From Tubiluchus corallicola (lineage: Eukaryota > Animalia > Priapulida), in contig JAQGDQ010000479.1 in NCBI GenBank assembly GCA_030141605.1, positions 62,001-126,000 on the forward strand: a DNA stretch of 64,000 nt. Reading direction: 5' to 3'. Below the pieces are notes generated by a model. That model made no database searches. It saw only the letters and a list, made by a program, of their open reading frames with translations, and was not told the origin of the DNA. Position numbers and translations under genes: made by a program. Within the stretch, counting starts at the first letter, position 1. Each line of letters starts with the position of its first letter. This document shows positions 62,288 to 64,000 of the stretch, piece after piece.

Positions 62288-63537
62288 ATGACAGACATGC
62301 GTGACACAGAAAATACAGATATGAAGCCACATTCGTATACTCCTACAGCAACTCCACAAGCAGCACCTGCCACAGGCCAAACTCCACAAGTTGTGTTTGC
62401 ACCAATTTCTGCTCCTCAAGGAGCATTTGCGCCTGAAGGAGTCTTCACAGCAAGCTATGCGCCTCAGATAGTATACCAAGCACCACCAAATCAGCTTCAA
62501 GTACCTTTCACACAAGTCAATTTGGCAACTGTCAACCAGCCACAGTTCAACGATAAATGCGCAAAAATTCTTTCTATTCTGCAGGTATCAACTTTTTAGT
62601 GACTTTTGTGTTAAAATGGTAGTTTCAATTGCTGTAATTAAAATAGTACATAGATTGATTGTTTTACACCTGAATAAAATGAGTTAAGATAAAAGAAACA
62701 AGTTCCCGGACAAGCTCAATAGCTACTTAATGTAAGAGATTTCAATGAGTAAAAACACATTTCAAATGACATACAATTCACAAAGTAGTGACAGGAGATA
62801 TCTCTTGCCGTTTTTCTTGAATTGGGTGAGACTGTAAGACTTTTCAGAGAGTTTCTTCGAGGTCTCATGCCAGACGAGTTTGGCGTTGGGATGAGTGGTT
62901 AGGGCATCAATTTTCGTAGCCTTGGTACCCAAGAAGGACAGGTGATTTGCGTATGAAATCCAGTTAGTGAAGTAAATTTAGTTTAGTTAGTAACTAAACT
63001 TAGTTTCTGTTTTTGTAGGTTCTGTGTGGCTGTATTGCACTTATCGCGGAAATAATAATAACGACTTACCATTGCGGGACCACTGGTGCTGGCATTTGGT
63101 GCGGATTTTTCTTCATTATTGCTGGAGGCTTAGGTCTTGGTGCAGCTGGGACCAGCCAAAAAAAGAAATGCTTGATCATTTCTTTCATGGTGTTAAGTAT
63201 TCTTGCTGCCGTATTTGCAGCCATTCTTATAAGTTTAGCTAGTATATACTTTGATGGTAGAGAATGTAAGGCTGCTTACTGGACCCAAATAGCATCAGCG
63301 TTTATAGAAATGCTGCCCTCTATTTGGTCTGCGTCCCTTTGCTGCAAGGCAGTTTGTTGCGGAGCAGTAAGTAATCCAGGAGTTGTATATTATGCACCTG
63401 GTCAACAAAGTGGAGTTTTGGTTACACCAGGAGTGCAAGTTCAGCAGCAAACACAGTTCCAAGGACAGCAGCCTAAAGGAGGGCAAGTGGCTCAGCCTCT
63501 TTATGTGTATGGTACGACAGTGCCAAATAAGCAGTAG
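62288..63537 (+). CDS. MS4A/CD20-like four-transmembrane protein, 271 aa; exons 62288-62584 and 63019-63537
   Basis: Phase-0 intron GTATCA...TTTGTAG. Spliced product ILSILQVLCG...GAGIWCGFFFIIAGGLG...LIISFMVLSILAAVFA...IEMLPSIWSASLCCKAVCC; P/Q/A-rich cytoplasmic termini. Confidence 0.88.
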
Positions 63538-64000
63538 GAAACATGATAAATAGCTAATTATTGAAGAGCATTTTTAAAAATACAGTTTTGTATCTTGATA
63601 TTGTTCGTATACATTTTATATGTATTGATAAAGCAGTGAAGCAACTGTAATATTGAATAATAATTTAAATGTTGATTTTAATGCCGATTTTTTGTTGTTG
63701 TTTGTTGTTAAAACTGTTACAATGGAATAAGTTAGGTGCAGAAATTATTATGGAGTGATCTAAGCCTATGAAAATTCAAAATGCTAGATCAGAAAGTAAG
63801 CTAAAGATTATTCACTGACTTTTATCAGTCTAACTGATCGATTTTGTGACTAAAATGAATCTTTTGTTATTTTAACTCAGATTCTCGTGATAGTACGAAA
63901 ATTTGTTCAATTGGTTTAGGTCATCGATCGATCTTGGTGCCTTAAAATCATCATTATTGTTACTCTCAATTATCATTATTATGACCGATTCGTATTATAA

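Overview
AT-rich, intron-containing, repeat-dense animal (probably invertebrate) genomic DNA; there are no prokaryotic features. Four protein-coding loci are supported. (1) The last coding exon of a fibrinogen-related-domain (FReD) gene, + strand. (2) A complete 8-coding-exon SLCO/OATP organic anion transporter, - strand, 6935-20769, reconstructed by hand to 757 aa with GT-AG introns and consistent phases. (3) A single-coding-exon PRRT3/PRRT4-like 7TM protein, - strand, 867 aa. (4) A two-coding-exon MS4A/CD20-like tetraspan protein, + strand, 271 aa. The rest is MITEs (hAT-, piggyBac-, Kolobok- and Tc1/pogo-like, several with readable TSDs), solo LTRs, LINE 3' fragments, a tRNA/Meta-domain SINE, and many mini- and microsatellites. 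The most notable object is a 544-bp TSD-flanked retroposon at 57451-57994. It joins a near full-length, foldable 5S rRNA head lacking a Pol III terminator to an RTE-like structured 5'UTR body and an RTE ORF C-terminus/3' tail, i.e. a 5S-headed bipartite RTE-dependent SINE. Inside SLCO there are several inverted TE pairs that bracket exons, and a duplicated splice acceptor. All family assignments come from manual motif recognition; no database search was run.
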